Shown in pieces: positions 28,851 through 42,964 of a DNA stretch of 64,000 bases (the stretch's first letter is position 1; every line of letters starts with the position of its first letter). Below the pieces are notes generated by a model, which had not been told where the DNA came from, did no database searches, and saw nothing but the letters and a program-made list of their open reading frames with translations. Source of the stretch: the human T2T-CHM13v2.0 reference genome, Homo sapiens; NCBI RefSeq assembly GCF_009914755.1, contig NC_060929.1, one strand, 5' to 3'. Both the position numbers and the translations under genes were made by a program.

Positions 28851-29652
28851 GGCATTTTAGAAGATAGTATACACATTGAGGATTCGGTTATACCTTATTC
28901 TGTAACCCGAATATTATTTCATGTCTTACCAGCTGGGGAGAGATGAATGGCTAGTCCCTGCTGGCTGGTGCTAGTCAGACGTGAGTTAGTCTTTATAAAC
29001 TGTTTAGGAACTGTAGGACCCCTCATGATTGCTCCTAGATAAGTAACTCATTGTGGCAGTGCTAGTATGCTTTAGTCCATGTCCTCTGTTGCACTCTAGT
29101 GCTGAGGTCATTCCTGTTAATTTAGGATTCATACATACCTAATAGAAGCAAATTGCTTGTGATGCCTGTTTTTGTTGGAGATTTCTAGTTTATCCTGGTC
29201 CTGACAGTTTCTGAAAATAAATAATATGATTTATTTTACTTAGCCTAAGTAGAGTGAGTGAGGTTGGGTCAGATTTTGAGATGGCATTGTTTTAATGAGG
29301 CATTTAATATTATTCAGAAAGGGAGAGAGGCAAAGTGATGAGGACTGAAAAATTAGAACTGTTCGATTTAATATTTCTTGCTAAAATTTTAACTTACATG
29401 TTACCAGGTTATTTTATGGTTGTAAAGCATAAGTCTAAGATCATTTGGTTCTGGCCAGAGAATCTTTTTAAAACAGTTAAATCTTGTAGTTGAATTTTGA
29501 GAGATTACTTATATATTAATATTATTTTAGTTACATAAATCATGATCGTAAGAAGCTAATGACAGTACACATAGTTGCTTTTGATAGGTGCAGTAGTACC
29601 AAAACAGAGTTAGAGTTGCAATGTTATCAAATTATGGAAAAGATGATATTGA

Positions 29653-29865
<213 letters not shown>

Positions 29866-31124
29866 TAAGCAAGCTTATATTTTTCAGTGCTGTTACTTAC
29901 AAACCTATGTGGAATGAGCTTTACAAAAGTATTTAATTTTCTGAATACTTAAAAATTATTATTTTTTTCAATTTCGAAAGCATTATCTGTAAATTGTGTT
30001 CATTGTGGAAAATTTAGAAAAGCACAAAGGAAAAAATAAAAAATGACCCATAATTCTACCACATCGATAAAAACTTTCATTCTTTTTCTCTGCATATTCA
30101 TAATTTTTTTTTTGTTTTACACAATGGGGTAATATTCTTCCTGTTTCATAATAATTATTGTAAAAATACATTATTTTTTAGAGCAGTTCTAGATTTACAG
30201 AAAAATTGTACAGAGAATTCTTCTATACTTTACCTCCCACAGTTTCCCCTGTTATTAACATCTTTGGTCAGAGTGGTATATTTATTACAATTGATGAACC
30301 AGTATGGAGCCGTTATGATAAGCTAAAGTTCGTCGTTTACACTGGGATTCACCCTTTGTGTTGTACAAATGTATGGGTTTTCACAAATGCATAAAGTTAT
30401 GTATCCACTGTTATAATGTCATGCAGAATGGTTTTACTGCCCTAAAAATCCCCTGTGCTTCACCTGTTTGTCTCTCCCCTTTTCTTCCTGAATTCTCAGG
30501 GATTGAAGCTCATTTCTTTTTATTTTTCAGTAATATTCCGTGGTATGAATGTACTACAATTTGTTTATTCATACACCTATTGGGGGAGATCTTGGTTGCT
30601 TCCAGTTTTTGGCACTTATTAATAAAGCTGCCATAAGCATTCATGTGCAGGTTTTTGTGTGGACATAAGTTTTTAAGTCGTGTAAATACCATGGAGTGTG
30701 ATTGCTGGATGGATGCTATGATAAGACTAGGTTTAGCTTTGTAAGAAATTGCCAAACTATCTTCCAAAATGATTGTATCATTTTGCATTCCCACCAGCAA
30801 TTAATGAGAGTTCTTGTTGCTTCACATCCTCGCCAGCATTTTTTATTGTCAGTATTTTGGATTTTAGGTTTTCTAATAGATATGTAGTGATATCTTATTG
30901 TTTTAATTTGCACTTACCTAGTGACATATGTTATTGAACATTTTTTTCCTATGCTTATTTGGCATTTATTTGTCTTTTTTGTTGAGATGTCTATTCACAT
31001 CTTTCACCCATTTTTAAATTGGATTGTTTGTTTTCTTGAATTTTAAGGGTTCTTTGTATATTTTAGAAACAAGTCCTTTATCAGATATATGTTTTAGAAA
31101 TTTTTTTTTCAGTCTGTGGCTTGT

Positions 31125-32194
31125 TATCGGGGTCCTGCCCCGATAATTACGTAGGTTCTTTTCTATTTTCCTAAGCATCGGCTGGCTTGAGAAATAAAGG
31201 GACAGAGTACAAAAGAGAGAAATTTTAAAGCTGGGTGTCCAGGGGAGACATCACACATTGGTAGGATCTGTGATGCCCCACAAGCCACAAAAACCAGCAA
31301 GTTTTTATTAGGGATTTTCAAAAGGGGAGGGAGTGTGTGAATAGGTGTGGGTGACAGACATCAAGTACTTAACAGGGTAATAGAATATCACAAGGCAAGT
31401 GGAGGCAGGGCGAGATCACAGGACCACAGGACTGAGGCGAAATTAAAATTGCTAATGAAGTTTTGGGCACCATTGTCATTGATAATATCTTATCAGGAGA
31501 CAGGGTTTTGAGATCAACCGGTCTGACCAAAATTTATTAGGTGGGAATTTCCTCTTCCTAATAAGCCTGGGAGCGCTATGGGAGACTGGAGTTTATTTCA
31601 CCCCTGCAGTCTCAACCGTAAGAGACAGGTACGCCCCGGGGGGGCCAGTTCAGAGACCTACCCCTAGGTGCGCATTCTCTTTCTCAGGGACGTTCCATGC
31701 TGAGAAAAAGAATTCAGCAATATTTCTCCCATTTGCTTTTGAAAGAAGAGAAATAATGGCTCTGTTCTGCTCGGCTCACCAGCGGTCAGAGTTTAAGGTT
31801 ATCTCTCTTATTCCCCGAACAATTGCTGTTATCCTGTTCTTTTTTCAAGGTGCTCAGATTTCATATTGCACAAACACACATGCTGTACAATTGGTGCAGT
31901 TAATGCAATTATCACATAGTCCTGAGGCGACATACATCCTCCTCGGCTGACAGGATTAAGAGATTAAAGTAAAGACAGGCATAGGAAATCATAAGGGTAT
32001 TGACTGGGGAAGTGATAAGTGTCCATGAAATCTTTACAATTTATGTTTAGAGATTGCAGTAAAGACAGGCATAAGAAATTACAAAAGTATTAATTTGGGG
32101 AACTAATAAATGTCCATAAAATCTTCACAATTCACGTTCTTCTGCCATGGTTTCAGCCGGTCTCTCTGTTTGGGGTCCCTGACTTCCCTCAACA
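31125..32194 (-). mobile_element. Solo MER11B/C (HERVK11) LTR
   Basis: Ends ...GGGGTCCCTGACTTCCCTCAACA; 1070 bp; 6-bp TSD GCTTGT/CCTTGT; homologous to 1322-2378. Confidence 0.85.
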
Positions 32195-32295
32195 CCTTGT
32201 CTTTCTATTCTCTTAATCTCCTTTACTTTTGAAGGATAAGTTCGTTGGATACAGAATTCTCTGTTGGTGGCTTTTTTCTTTCAACACTTTAAATA

Positions 32296-32662
32296 CAGGC
32301 ATATCTTGGAGATGTTGCAGGTTTGATTGTAGATCACCACAATAAAGCTAAGATTGCAATAAAGCAAGTCATATAAATTTTTTGGTTTCTCAGTGCATGT
32401 AAAAGTTATATTTACACTATGCTGTAGTTTATTAGATGTGCAATAGCATTATGTGTAGATCTAAACCATATACATGCCTTAATTAAAAACCACTTCATTG
32501 TTAAAAAATGCCAGTATGGATAAATGGAGTGAGCACATGCTGTTGGAAAAATGACACTGATAGACTTGCCTGATGTAGAGTTGCCACAAACCTTCAATTT
32601 GTGAAAAACGCAATATTTGCATAGCATGATAAAGTGGAATATAATAAAATGAGATATGCCTG
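32296..32662 (-). mobile_element. Internally deleted Tigger1 DNA transposon
   Basis: TIRs CAGGCATATCT...AGATATGCCTG, with a TA TSD on both sides. Confidence 0.85.
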
Positions 32663-34899
32663 TATTTCACATCACTTTCCTCTTGGTTACATGGTTTCAG
32701 AAAGGAAGTGTGACATAATTCTTATCCTTATTCCTCTATAGGTAAGGCATTTTTTTTCCCCCTCTGTCTTCTTCCAAGATTTTCTCCTTATCTTTGGTTT
32801 TCTGCAGTTTGCGTATGATGTATTTAGGTGGAGATTTTTGATATTTATGCTGCCTGGTGTCCTCTGAGATTCCTGTGGTTTGGTGTCTGTCATTAATTTT
32901 AGAACATTCTCAGCCATCACTCCTTCAAATACTTCTGCTTATTCTCTTTTTCTTCTTCTCGGGTTCTCATTGTATGCATGTTACATCTTCTGTAATTGTC
33001 CCACAGTTCTTAGATATTCTGTTCCATTTTTCTCATTCTTTTTTTGCGTTTCCGTGCAGGAAGTTTGTATTGACATATCTTCAAGGTCACTGATTTTTTC
33101 TTCATTTCTTTTACGATGGTTTTGATTTCTAGCATTTTCTTTTAATTTTTTTTAGAGTTTTATCTCTCTGCTTAAAGTAACCATCTGTTCTTGTGTATTA
33201 TCCACTTTTTCCATTAGAGCCCTAAGCACAGTAATCATAGTTATTTTAAATTCCTTGTCTGGTACTCTCCAAATCTCTGCCATATATGAATCTGGTTCTA
33301 ATGTTTGTCTCTTTAGCCTGTGCTTTTTCTTGCCTTTTAACATGGGTTGCAATTTTTTTGTTGAAAGTAAAAAATAATACTATTGAGTAATAATAGCAAG
33401 TGAGATTAATAGGCTTTTAGTGTGAGGTTTTATGTTTATCTCGTTAGGAGTTAGGCCGTGTTTATTATTTACTATAGCTATGGGTATCACAGGCTTCTGT
33501 TTCCTCTCTGTTCTTGTTTTTTTATACTCTGTTGTCTTTGAGTTTCCTTAGAAACTCTTTGTTAAGTAGAGTTTGTATCTTGCAGCTCTCACTTGTAATT
33601 GTTATTATACTGGAGCCCTGTTGATGGAGTGGTAAGGTATTGGGGAGGGGAAGTGTTCTGTACCCTTATTATTAAATCTCCATTTTTTGAGTGGGTCAGA
33701 GTCCTGGGTTGGGACCTTCAGAAGACTTTTTTAGCCTTTTTTTTTTTCTTTTTTTCTTTTCCTTCCCTTATTTGAGATGGGAAAGCTAGAGAAGTTCCAA
33801 CTGTCTAATCACTCTTCCCCTAGGTCAGACAAGGCTCTGGTAAAGTAGTTTCTCTTCAGAGCAGGCCTTAAGTAGAACAGAATACTCTGGGCATATTTCA
33901 AAATGGTTTCTTCCCCCTTGTCTTGTCCAAAGCATGAGGGGATTTTTCTCTGATCTTCACTGTGTGATGGGAAATTCTGGAGGTAAAACTTATAAAAGTG
34001 TTGGAGTCTCCTCCTAAGATTGGGCCCTCCTAAGATGAAACAAGTCCACATTCAGCCTCTAGCAATTTGTCGGTTACTGTTTAAGTGTTCTAACTGCTTG
34101 GGCTCTGGGGGCTTCTATCTCAGTAAGCTGGGTTTTCTGAATTTGCCTGTGTCTCCAGTTTTCCTGATGGTGGTTTGCCCTGTGACCTGAATTCTCTGGT
34201 GCTGATAAGCAGAGTTGTTGATTTTTAGCTTGTTAAGCTTTTATCTTGGTTTGAGGATGGAAGTAACAACTTCCAAGCTCTTTTTATGTTGGAGTGCAAA
34301 CTGGAAGTCTAATTATTATTATCTTTTCCCATATCATGAACATTTTCCCATTTAATAAAATAGTGCAGGGTATCTTTTAATGGTTGCATTGTATTTTACC
34401 TTATTCATGTTCCATAATTTTAAAAAATGCTTTTTATGGTCATAGTTTCTTTGTGTAAAAGGAAAGACTTTTTTGTGTAGCTTTCCAATATACATAAGAG
34501 TAAAGAAAGTTAAGAACTGTTTGTACCCATCGTTCAGCTTCAGCAAATGGTCAACAGCCAATTTTGTTTCATTTTTTGATCACCTTCTCCCTTTTCTTCT
34601 GCATTATTTCAAAGTAAATCCTAGACATTATATTTTATCTAATGAACACTTGGAAATGAATATCTAACAGATATGGACATTGTAACCATAATGCCATTAT
34701 CACAACCAAACAAAATAACTTGCTAATATTACCTACCAAATTCATATTAAAATTTTCTAGTTGTCTAGAAAGAGATATTTTTCGAGTTGGTTTATTCCAC
34801 TAAGGATCCAAACAAGGTGCACAGACATTTTTGTTGTTATAGCTCTTAAGTTTCCTTTAAAACATAATAGTTCATCTTCTCTTTTTTTAAAAAAAGTCA

Positions 34900-35059
34900 A
34901 GCTGGACAGGGTGGTTTGTGCCTGTGGTCACAGCTACTTGGAAGGCTGAGGTGAAAGGATTGCTTGAGCCCAGCAATTCGAGGCTACAGTGAGCTACGGT
35001 TGCACCTCTGCACTCCAGCCTGGGTAATGGACTGAGACCCTCCCTTAAAAAGAAAAAAA
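34900..35059 (+). mobile_element. Alu monomer (FRAM-like)
   Basis: Single right-arm Alu plus A-tail. Confidence 0.75.
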
Positions 35060-36653
35060 GCTGTTCGTTTATTCAAGAATCTAATTCTTTTGTTCTATAG
35101 ACTATTCCTCATTCTTGATTTGGGTTGCCTTTTCACCTTTGTGGAAAATCAATCGACTGCTTACACCTGGGTCTATTTCTGGCTTCTCTGTTCTATTCCA
35201 TTGATCTGTGTGCCTGTCCTTTCAGCAATATTATGATGTTTTGATTACTCTAGTTTTATATTAAGTCTTGGAATGAGATAGTGTGAGTCTTTCCACTTTC
35301 TTTAAACATTTGAATGGATAATTGAGAGCCTACCTTTATTTACTTATGCAATATATATATAATAGTTGACTATGGAGAACTGTGGCTTTTGGTACTCTTG
35401 GTTTTTATATATTTCTGAAAAGAAAATCTACATAATACTTTAAAAGTAGCTTCTGTGAAAAGGTACAAAATAATTGATGAAATTATTTTAAAATAAGCTA
35501 CTCCATGGAACACAAATACTTATGGTACCATATATTTTCCACATTTGAACTAACATTCATTTTAGAACTTGGGATTTGTAATACTACAGCAGTACTTTGC
35601 AGTCTTTGCCAAGAGCTGTGTCTAACCAATTTTCTTTAGTGTAGAATACCTATTTGGACCTGAGATCTAATTTTTTCCCCTGTTTCCTTGACAGCAGAGC
35701 CATTTTTAAAGCCTCTTATTCTTTAAAAACTCTTTATGTTCTCATAGTCGTGTCAAAGGAATTCTTGTTGAAGAATCATATTATGTGAAAGATATATAAT
35801 TTATTTGTTTCAAGTATGATACTATATAGACACAAAACAGTATAGGTTATAGATAAGAAATAAAGCATGAAAATGTAATGAATATTCATGAACTCACTTC
35901 TCAACCCAAGAATTGGAACATTGCCAATAACTTGCATCTAACTTTGTACCTTCTTTCTACCCCCCTGCTTCATACCAAGAGACAAACCACTAGTTAGAAT
36001 TTGTGCTGATCATCCCTTTGTTAGATTTTTACCTTTAGTCACTTTTTGCCATCGGTTCTAGACTTTTTGGGAAGCCGTACGTTTTCAAGAAAGTACTTAA
36101 AACTTCAGATTTTAAATTTGTTTTTCTTTGGGAATATGGTATCATTTATTTGAACAGATCTGGACCACTAAAGGCATTAGGTAAATGTTTAATCCTTTAT
36201 GCCTACCATGCTCTAGTAAAAGAAGTTTAGAAAATAAAGTCTACTTTAGACAAATGACTTAATCTTTCTGGATCTGTTTTCTCTTCCACAAAGTAAGAAA
36301 GTTATAGATCATTTTTAAATTTCCTTTAATTTTGGGACTATTATTTCTAGTCCTAAAATTCCATTATTTTTATTCTGCTTTTTTCTTACTCTTTTATAGT
36401 TTAGAATATCTGAAAATTTATTTTGATCTGAAGCTTTTCTTCTCCTCCTCTAAAATATTTCCTTATGGGCAATTAAAGGAATTATTTGTTAAAGAACCAG
36501 ATATTATGAGTAATGTGTGGAGACATTTTTGCTATTTCATTTCCCCTTTGAAATACACTTGATACGTGAAAAATAATGTGTATAACTTACATGTTTCTTA
36601 CATGAAATAAAATAAAACCCTATAATGAGTATCCAGGAACTAACTTTCCAAGC

Positions 36654-37190
36654 TGTATTAGTTATTTACTGCTCTGCAGTAAACTACTCTAAAACTTAGT
36701 GGATTAAAACAGCAAACATTTATTATCTCACTCAATTTCTGGGGTCAGGAATTTAGCCTGGCTAGGAGGTTCTGCTTCTAGGTCTTTAATGATGTTTTAA
36801 TTAAGATGTTTGCTGGCACTGAAGTCATTTGAAAGCTTGGCTTGGAGGATTTACTTCCAAGCTCATTTGTGCACATGGCAGTTGCCAAGAGGCCTCCGTT
36901 CCTTCCTACCTGTTGTCAGGAGGCCTCAGTTTCTCACCATGTGGCTTTTCCATAGGACTGCTCTTGACATGGCAGCTGGCTTTCCCCAGAGCTAACGATT
37001 TGAAAGAGAGGGTCACCAAGACAGAAGCTGCAGTGTCTTTTATAACTTACTTCAGAAGAGATGTACCATCACGTTTGTCCTATCCTGTTGATCACACAGA
37101 CTAGCCTTGGTACACTGTGAAAAAGGACTACAAAAAGGGATAAATTAAAGGACATGGGGGTCATTGGAGGTCATCTTGATGACTTGCTGT
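36654..37190 (-). mobile_element. MLT1-family (ERVL-MaLR) LTR
   Basis: TGTATTAGTTATTTACTGCT...AAAACTTAGTGGATTAAAACAGCAAACATTTATTATCTCAC, typical of MLT1. Confidence 0.7.
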
Positions 37191-39184
37191 CATGCAGCCC
37201 CCAAACTGGAGCATTTCCATAACTTGTGTCTATTTTTGTTACCTTTTTACCTCACCCCATTTCTTCCCCCAGGAGGTAATCACTTAAAGAGAATATTCAT
37301 TCCCTTACCTTTAATTTTTTTTAATAAAAATTGCATGAATAAACACTTTATTGTTTGGTTTTCTTGTTTTTGATCTTTATGACATTTGTCATTTAAAAAA
37401 ATTTGGGGGAATTGTACTTTGTCTTTCCATGCAATTTTAGGGCTCTAAGATTTATATAAAGCTGTAGCTCATTCGATTATATTGCTGCAAGACTGTTATG
37501 TGAATTTACTTAATTATTATTAATGAACATATCGGTTGCTTTTTAATTAATCTGCTTTTATTCTTGTACATGTGTTCTGGATTACAAGAACAAGAATTTT
37601 TCTAGGATATGTACTTCAAAGTAAAATTGTTGAGTCAGGAAGGGTACAAATGCTAATCAATAGTTAACTTTTCTTTATAATATATTTTAAATTCCAACAT
37701 TTCTATTCCATTGTAGTTCAAATCTGCTGTTTCTTTTAACTTTTACTCATAGTGGCTTCCCTTCATTGTGTGCTTGGTGATTTCTAATTACCAGCTCTTT
37801 ACCTGATCTTTTTCTGTATTTGTTCTGTGTTCTAAATTGGCAATGTTTTCTTCAGAGAGGATCTGTCTTTGCTACTGCTGATTACCAGGAAGCATAGCCA
37901 ATTTTGTTCTGCTTCAGTCTTCCTTAAAAGTTGAAGTTCAGCGTAGAACAGTTTAGGTTTAGGACCCCATCTTGATGCTGGCCTATCTCTGAGTACCTAG
38001 GTATCAGTATTGTTATTTGTATCATTCTCAGGGCAACCCTGCCTTCCCTGTAGCATGTAGCACTAGGGACTCTTTTCTATTTTTTTTTTTTTTTTTTTCT
38101 GGTTGGAGGATACCTTCTTTATCTCAGTAATGCTTTAAAAGAATCTCATTTCTGGAAGCAGAAGTATTCCTCAGAGTACTTGGCTCACTGTAATGCTAGA
38201 TATCCTGACATCTAGTATTGTGGAAGAAACACTGGGTTGAGTAAGTAAACCTTTCTATTTTTGATTTCATATAACTTTATATCTTAATAGCTATGGGACT
38301 TCTCTGATCTTTTATTTACTCTCTTAAGGTTGGTTTTTTATTTATAACATTGAGTTTAATAGATGCTGGCTAACCTAGGAGTTTGAGAATGAACTGGAAA
38401 GCAAGAATATTTGCTTATATTATTAGTGATAATATATAAAATAAACTGCAAGGCAGACGTATTTTTTTGTATGTGGCTTATGTTCTTTTCTTTTTTCTCA
38501 CGTAAGGTAATAGATACTCTGTTGCATTTTATAGATATGTTTATTTCTCATTCAGTTTGAAGTTAGCCAACTCAAATATCCAAATCCCTGTACATAAATA
38601 TCCTTTAACATTTAGTTTTGTCAATTGATGTATGGGAAATTAGAGGAATGTTATGTATTGAGATGAATGGATATTTAAGTTAATAATTTGTTTTAATGTA
38701 CAATTTGAGATGGTTGGAGTCTTCCTTTTGTTTTTTCCTCGTGCATATAATGAAAAATGGAAGACAGGGTGCCATTGGAATGCTTGTGTACTTTTGAGAG
38801 CTTTTAGAGGCTATAAAGTGAAGAGTTTTTGCAACTACTTTTTAATTTACAGGACTATATACACCATCTTTTTTACTTTAACACATTAATACAAAATTGT
38901 ATTTTGTCATTTCACAATTTTTGCATTTATTTGATCTTTTAGATAAAATTGTATGATTTGTAAGACACAAATTGTATCTCATTTGAGCCTTGGAACAACT
39001 TGGTGGAATAGGAAGCAGAAGCATTTAAATTACTAGCTTACTGATGAAGATACAGGCCCAGGGAAGTTGAATGATGGGCTCAGGTTCCTAAGTTGCTTGC
39101 ATAGCAGGTTCAGTACCAAAATCAAAGTCTTCATGTTCTTCATGTAGTACCTTTCTGCTTCACCAAGGTACTCACAGAAAAGGT

Positions 39185-39475
39185 GCAGTGGTAAAGAGAA
39201 GTTGGCTAAGGGCTACGAAAGTAAGCTTAGATAGAAGGAATAAATTCTAGTATTTGATAGTACAATAGAGAAATTATAGATAACTATAATTTATTGTGTA
39301 TTTCAAAATAGCTAGAAGAGAAGATTTATAATGTTCTCAACACAAAGACAAGATAAATGTTTGAGTTGATGGATATACCAGTTACCCTGATTTGGTCGTT
39401 ACACATTGTATAAGGTATCAAAATATCACATGCACCTTCAAAATATGTACAACTATTATATATTAATTTTTAAAA
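39185..39475 (+). mobile_element. L1MA 3' end fragment
   Basis: TTAGATAGAAGGAATAAATTCTAG...TTTCAAAATAGCTAGAAGAG...CCCTGATTTG. Confidence 0.75.
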
Positions 39476-39571
39476 AGTTCAAAAGGTAACATATGCAGTG
39501 GGAAATTAGTTCTTATACTTTGTGCACTCACCAGTGATGTCTTCAAGGTCTATTTCAATCATTATCTGCCT

Positions 39572-39608
39572 ACCCTGGTGGTCTAGTGGTTAGGATTCAG
39601 CACTCTCA
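39572..39608 (+). pseudogene. Tailless retropseudogene of the tRNA-Glu(CTC) 5' half
   Basis: CCCTGGTGGTCTAGTGGTTAGGATTCAGCACTCTCA equals the tRNA-Glu 5' half with two CpG decays; TSD TCAATCATTAT(C/T)TGCC at 39555-39570 and 39606-39621. Confidence 0.88.
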
Positions 39609-40006
39609 ATCATTATTTGCCACTGTAATGGTCTAGGCTGTTTTGTGATTTTCTAGATTGTTGTTAATAGCTGGGAGAGTAGAATAATTTTGGGAATGAA
39701 TGGTACCCAGATTTCTCATGTTAAATACAGTTTTGCTCACCAATCTTTGTCTAGGCAGTTCTAACTTTTCTTCTTCTGAACAGTATTAATATGTTACTCA
39801 TCTTGGAAAGGTGTGTCTGATACTTACAATTTTAGAAGCTTGAGAGCCCTTTAGAAATGGCTCAGTTGAGATTACAAAAAGTTCTTCGCAAAGACTTAAA
39901 TGTTAGACTAGTTATATACATACTAATTTTGTTCCTATTTTAAAGGTCTCTGAATTACCTATAATTTTATAAGTAAGAAATTCTTAGAAAGTAAAATGAT
40001 TGATAA

Positions 40007-40177
<171 letters not shown>

Positions 40178-41396
40178 TAAAAATCTGTACCAGTGGACAT
40201 CACTTGTATATTTTTAAATATTGTGTCTATGTTATAATTAAAAGTGTTGACTAATATCCATTTTTTGGAAAGTAATAGTAACTTTATAAATTCTGTTTTT
40301 ACTTAGTTCTACATTTGTAACATTCCTACCAAATGAAAATGTGGCTGGTTTGATCTGTTCGGTCAAAATGTGGGGAATTTCATTATTTAAGAAGCTGAAT
40401 GATAAGGTGGAAAGATGAAGCTTGGAGTTTAGAGTCAACCAGGCCAGATTTTGAATTCTTATTCTGGGAATTGCAGATTTGACCTTCGTGAGCTTTAGTT
40501 TTCTGGGGCTTTCTTGTGACAACTACAAGTCATATTTTAAACCCTTGGCATAAGGCCTAATACATAGCACTCACCCACCAATTTTAATTATCAGTATAGC
40601 AGGAATTTAATCTTGTGTGATAGGTCAATAAATATAACATTATTTATTTTTACATAAAAAATGAACTTTTCTGTTTTTTTTATTGCAGAGCTTTAAATGT
40701 TTATTATAAAAATAATTATCCACACATAATCCCATCATGCAGTGAGATCCATTGTTCACTCTTTGATGAAAGTTCTTTTAGACCTTTTAAAGCCAATTTA
40801 TATATTTTTGATTACTCATTTGAGTTTGATCTCTTTTTTCTAGCCTAAACTGTTGTATATTAGACCCCCCCCCATTTTAAATTATCTGTGGTAATAATGA
40901 ACCTGTTGTATACAGAACCTGTTGTAAACCTGGCTCAATTTAAAGTGAGGGATATATTAGCTTATTTCATTTGAATGAAAAGCTGATGGGTAAGTTAAGA
41001 CAAAAAAAACAGTTTGCATATCTCTGAGCAGATATATGCACCTCCACTTTCCTAATCACAGCCATTGGGTGTGAATTGTGGCATAGTAGAGGTAGAAAGA
41101 ACTTTACAACTCTGTTTTATAGAAGAGGAAAATTTAATAATCTCAAGCCATCTGTAATTCAGAATTTTGCCTGCTCTACTTTTACCTCATTAAGGAATTT
41201 TTAAAAACTATTTATCTTTTACAGTTATGTTTATTACTAACTTTGTGAACAAAAATAATATGTGCTGTTTGTGAAAATTTCGAATATATAAGACCATATA
41301 AAAAATAAAATAAAAATTGCCTACATTATCACTATCCAGAGAGAACTAGTATGAATATTTTTATGTTTTTCCTTCCAGTCTTTTATTAGATATGTG

Positions 41397-41707
41397 TTTT
41401 ATTTTTTATTTTTATTTTTTTTGAGGCAGAGTCTTTCTCTGTTGCCCAGGCTGAAGTGCAGTGGCGTGATCTTGGTTCATTCACTGCAACCTCCGCCTCC
41501 CGGACTCAAGTGATTCTCCTGCCTTAGCCTCCTGAGTATCTGGGATTACAGGCACCCACCACCAAACCCAGCTAATTTTTGTATTTTTAGTAGAGATGGG
41601 TTTCACCATGTTGGTCAGGCTGGTCTGGAACTCCTGACCTCAAATAATCTGCCCGCCTTGGCCTCCCAAAGTCCTGGGATTATAGGCGTGAGCTACCGCA
41701 CCTGGCC
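41397..41707 (-). mobile_element. AluS
   Basis: Full antisense Alu; degenerate TSD TAGATA(T/G)G(T/C)GTTTTAT. Confidence 0.9.
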
Positions 41708-42939
41708 TAGATAGGCGTTTTATACACCCAAACACACAGACAATTAGGATAATGCTGCAGATGAAGTTTTGTTATGTTGCTGTTTTCTTTTACTATATTG
41801 TGAACATTTTTAGTGAGGAACATTTAGCATGCATGATTGATAAACTATACTAAGAGCTGTGCATAATATCCTGACTTAAACCTTGAAAGTAAATTGCCAC
41901 TTTTTGAAGTTCTGATAGATATCTAGAGTGGCAGATACAAATATTTTTTGGCTCAGCTGGAGCAATTGTTTTTAGCACCTGAGAGGAACTTGTAGCTTAT
42001 TACTTCGCTTCCAAAATACAGTAAAAAGTGGTAGTTATTTTGCCTGTTATCAAAACCACTGCTGATTTGTCTAGTGTAACTTTATCAAGGCTGACTGGTT
42101 GTATCATAAAAGGTGTAGGCATATTAATATAGAGGCAAAGGATGATGAAAAGCCACACCCTTGAACTTAGAGCCACTAAGATGTCTGCTGATACATTTCT
42201 TCTATCATATGCATATGAAATTTTTGTGGTAAGTTTGGGTACACTGTAGTTGTGGTGTTTGAAGTGACAAACAGATTTTCTTTACATCAGACTCATCAGA
42301 CTTTTTTTTTTTTTTTTTAGGATTTTTCTTGAATGACCTCTAGAAAAAATTATAGCAGTGAAAAATTTATCTTTCTGGGTAGCAGTTATTATTTGGTCAT
42401 TTGTCTTATCTCTGCATAAAGATGTTTCATTAAAATGAGTATATGTAGTTCACTAAGTCAAATACTCATTTTATTTGGCTTTGGTTTTCTTTGTAATTCA
42501 GTAGGTCCTTCAAGAGGGACATTTATTTGGATCTCATGATATGCTAGGCAGTGTACTATTTATATTGTTTGCTTCATGGTAACCACATGAAATATGTACT
42601 GTCATTTTTATTTTACATTTGAGGAAACTTGGATCACATAATTTGGCCAGGGTAGTCAGTAGACAAATTTGTATCAAGCCTTGGTCTCTGACATCAGATT
42701 CATTCTTTTCTATTACATGCATTTCTACTTCATTGTACTGTTTTATGTTTGTGCTCCGATAACATGAGCAGTGCAAAGTCATGGGGGCCAGTGGACTCTT
42801 ACAGAGCTGTATTATTTTCATCTCCTGTTGCCTTGAATTCTAATACTGCTAGTAGAGGAGCTGACTTTTTTCTAATTAAAACAATTGTATTAGTGATTTC
42901 ACATTAGATGGTATAATGTTTTCCCCCTCTTTTTGGTAG

Positions 42940-42964
42940 GTTGGAGCAGGATGGATTGGAAAAT
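42940..42964 (+). CDS. HSD17B4: HSD17B4 exon 10 (VGAGWIGK-L), 25-nt microexon
   Basis: GTAG acceptor, GTAAGT donor; frame links exons 9 and 11. Confidence 0.96.

Larger units (their letters stand above)
30170..34310 (-). mobile_element. Old L1M (MC/MB-type) fragments, 3'UTR/ORF2 end and ORF1/5' region, interrupted by MER11 and Tigger1
   Basis: Antisense L1 remnants (MQIKTIRYH...KCWRGCE; KEFKITMITVLRALMEKVDN). Confidence 0.7.
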
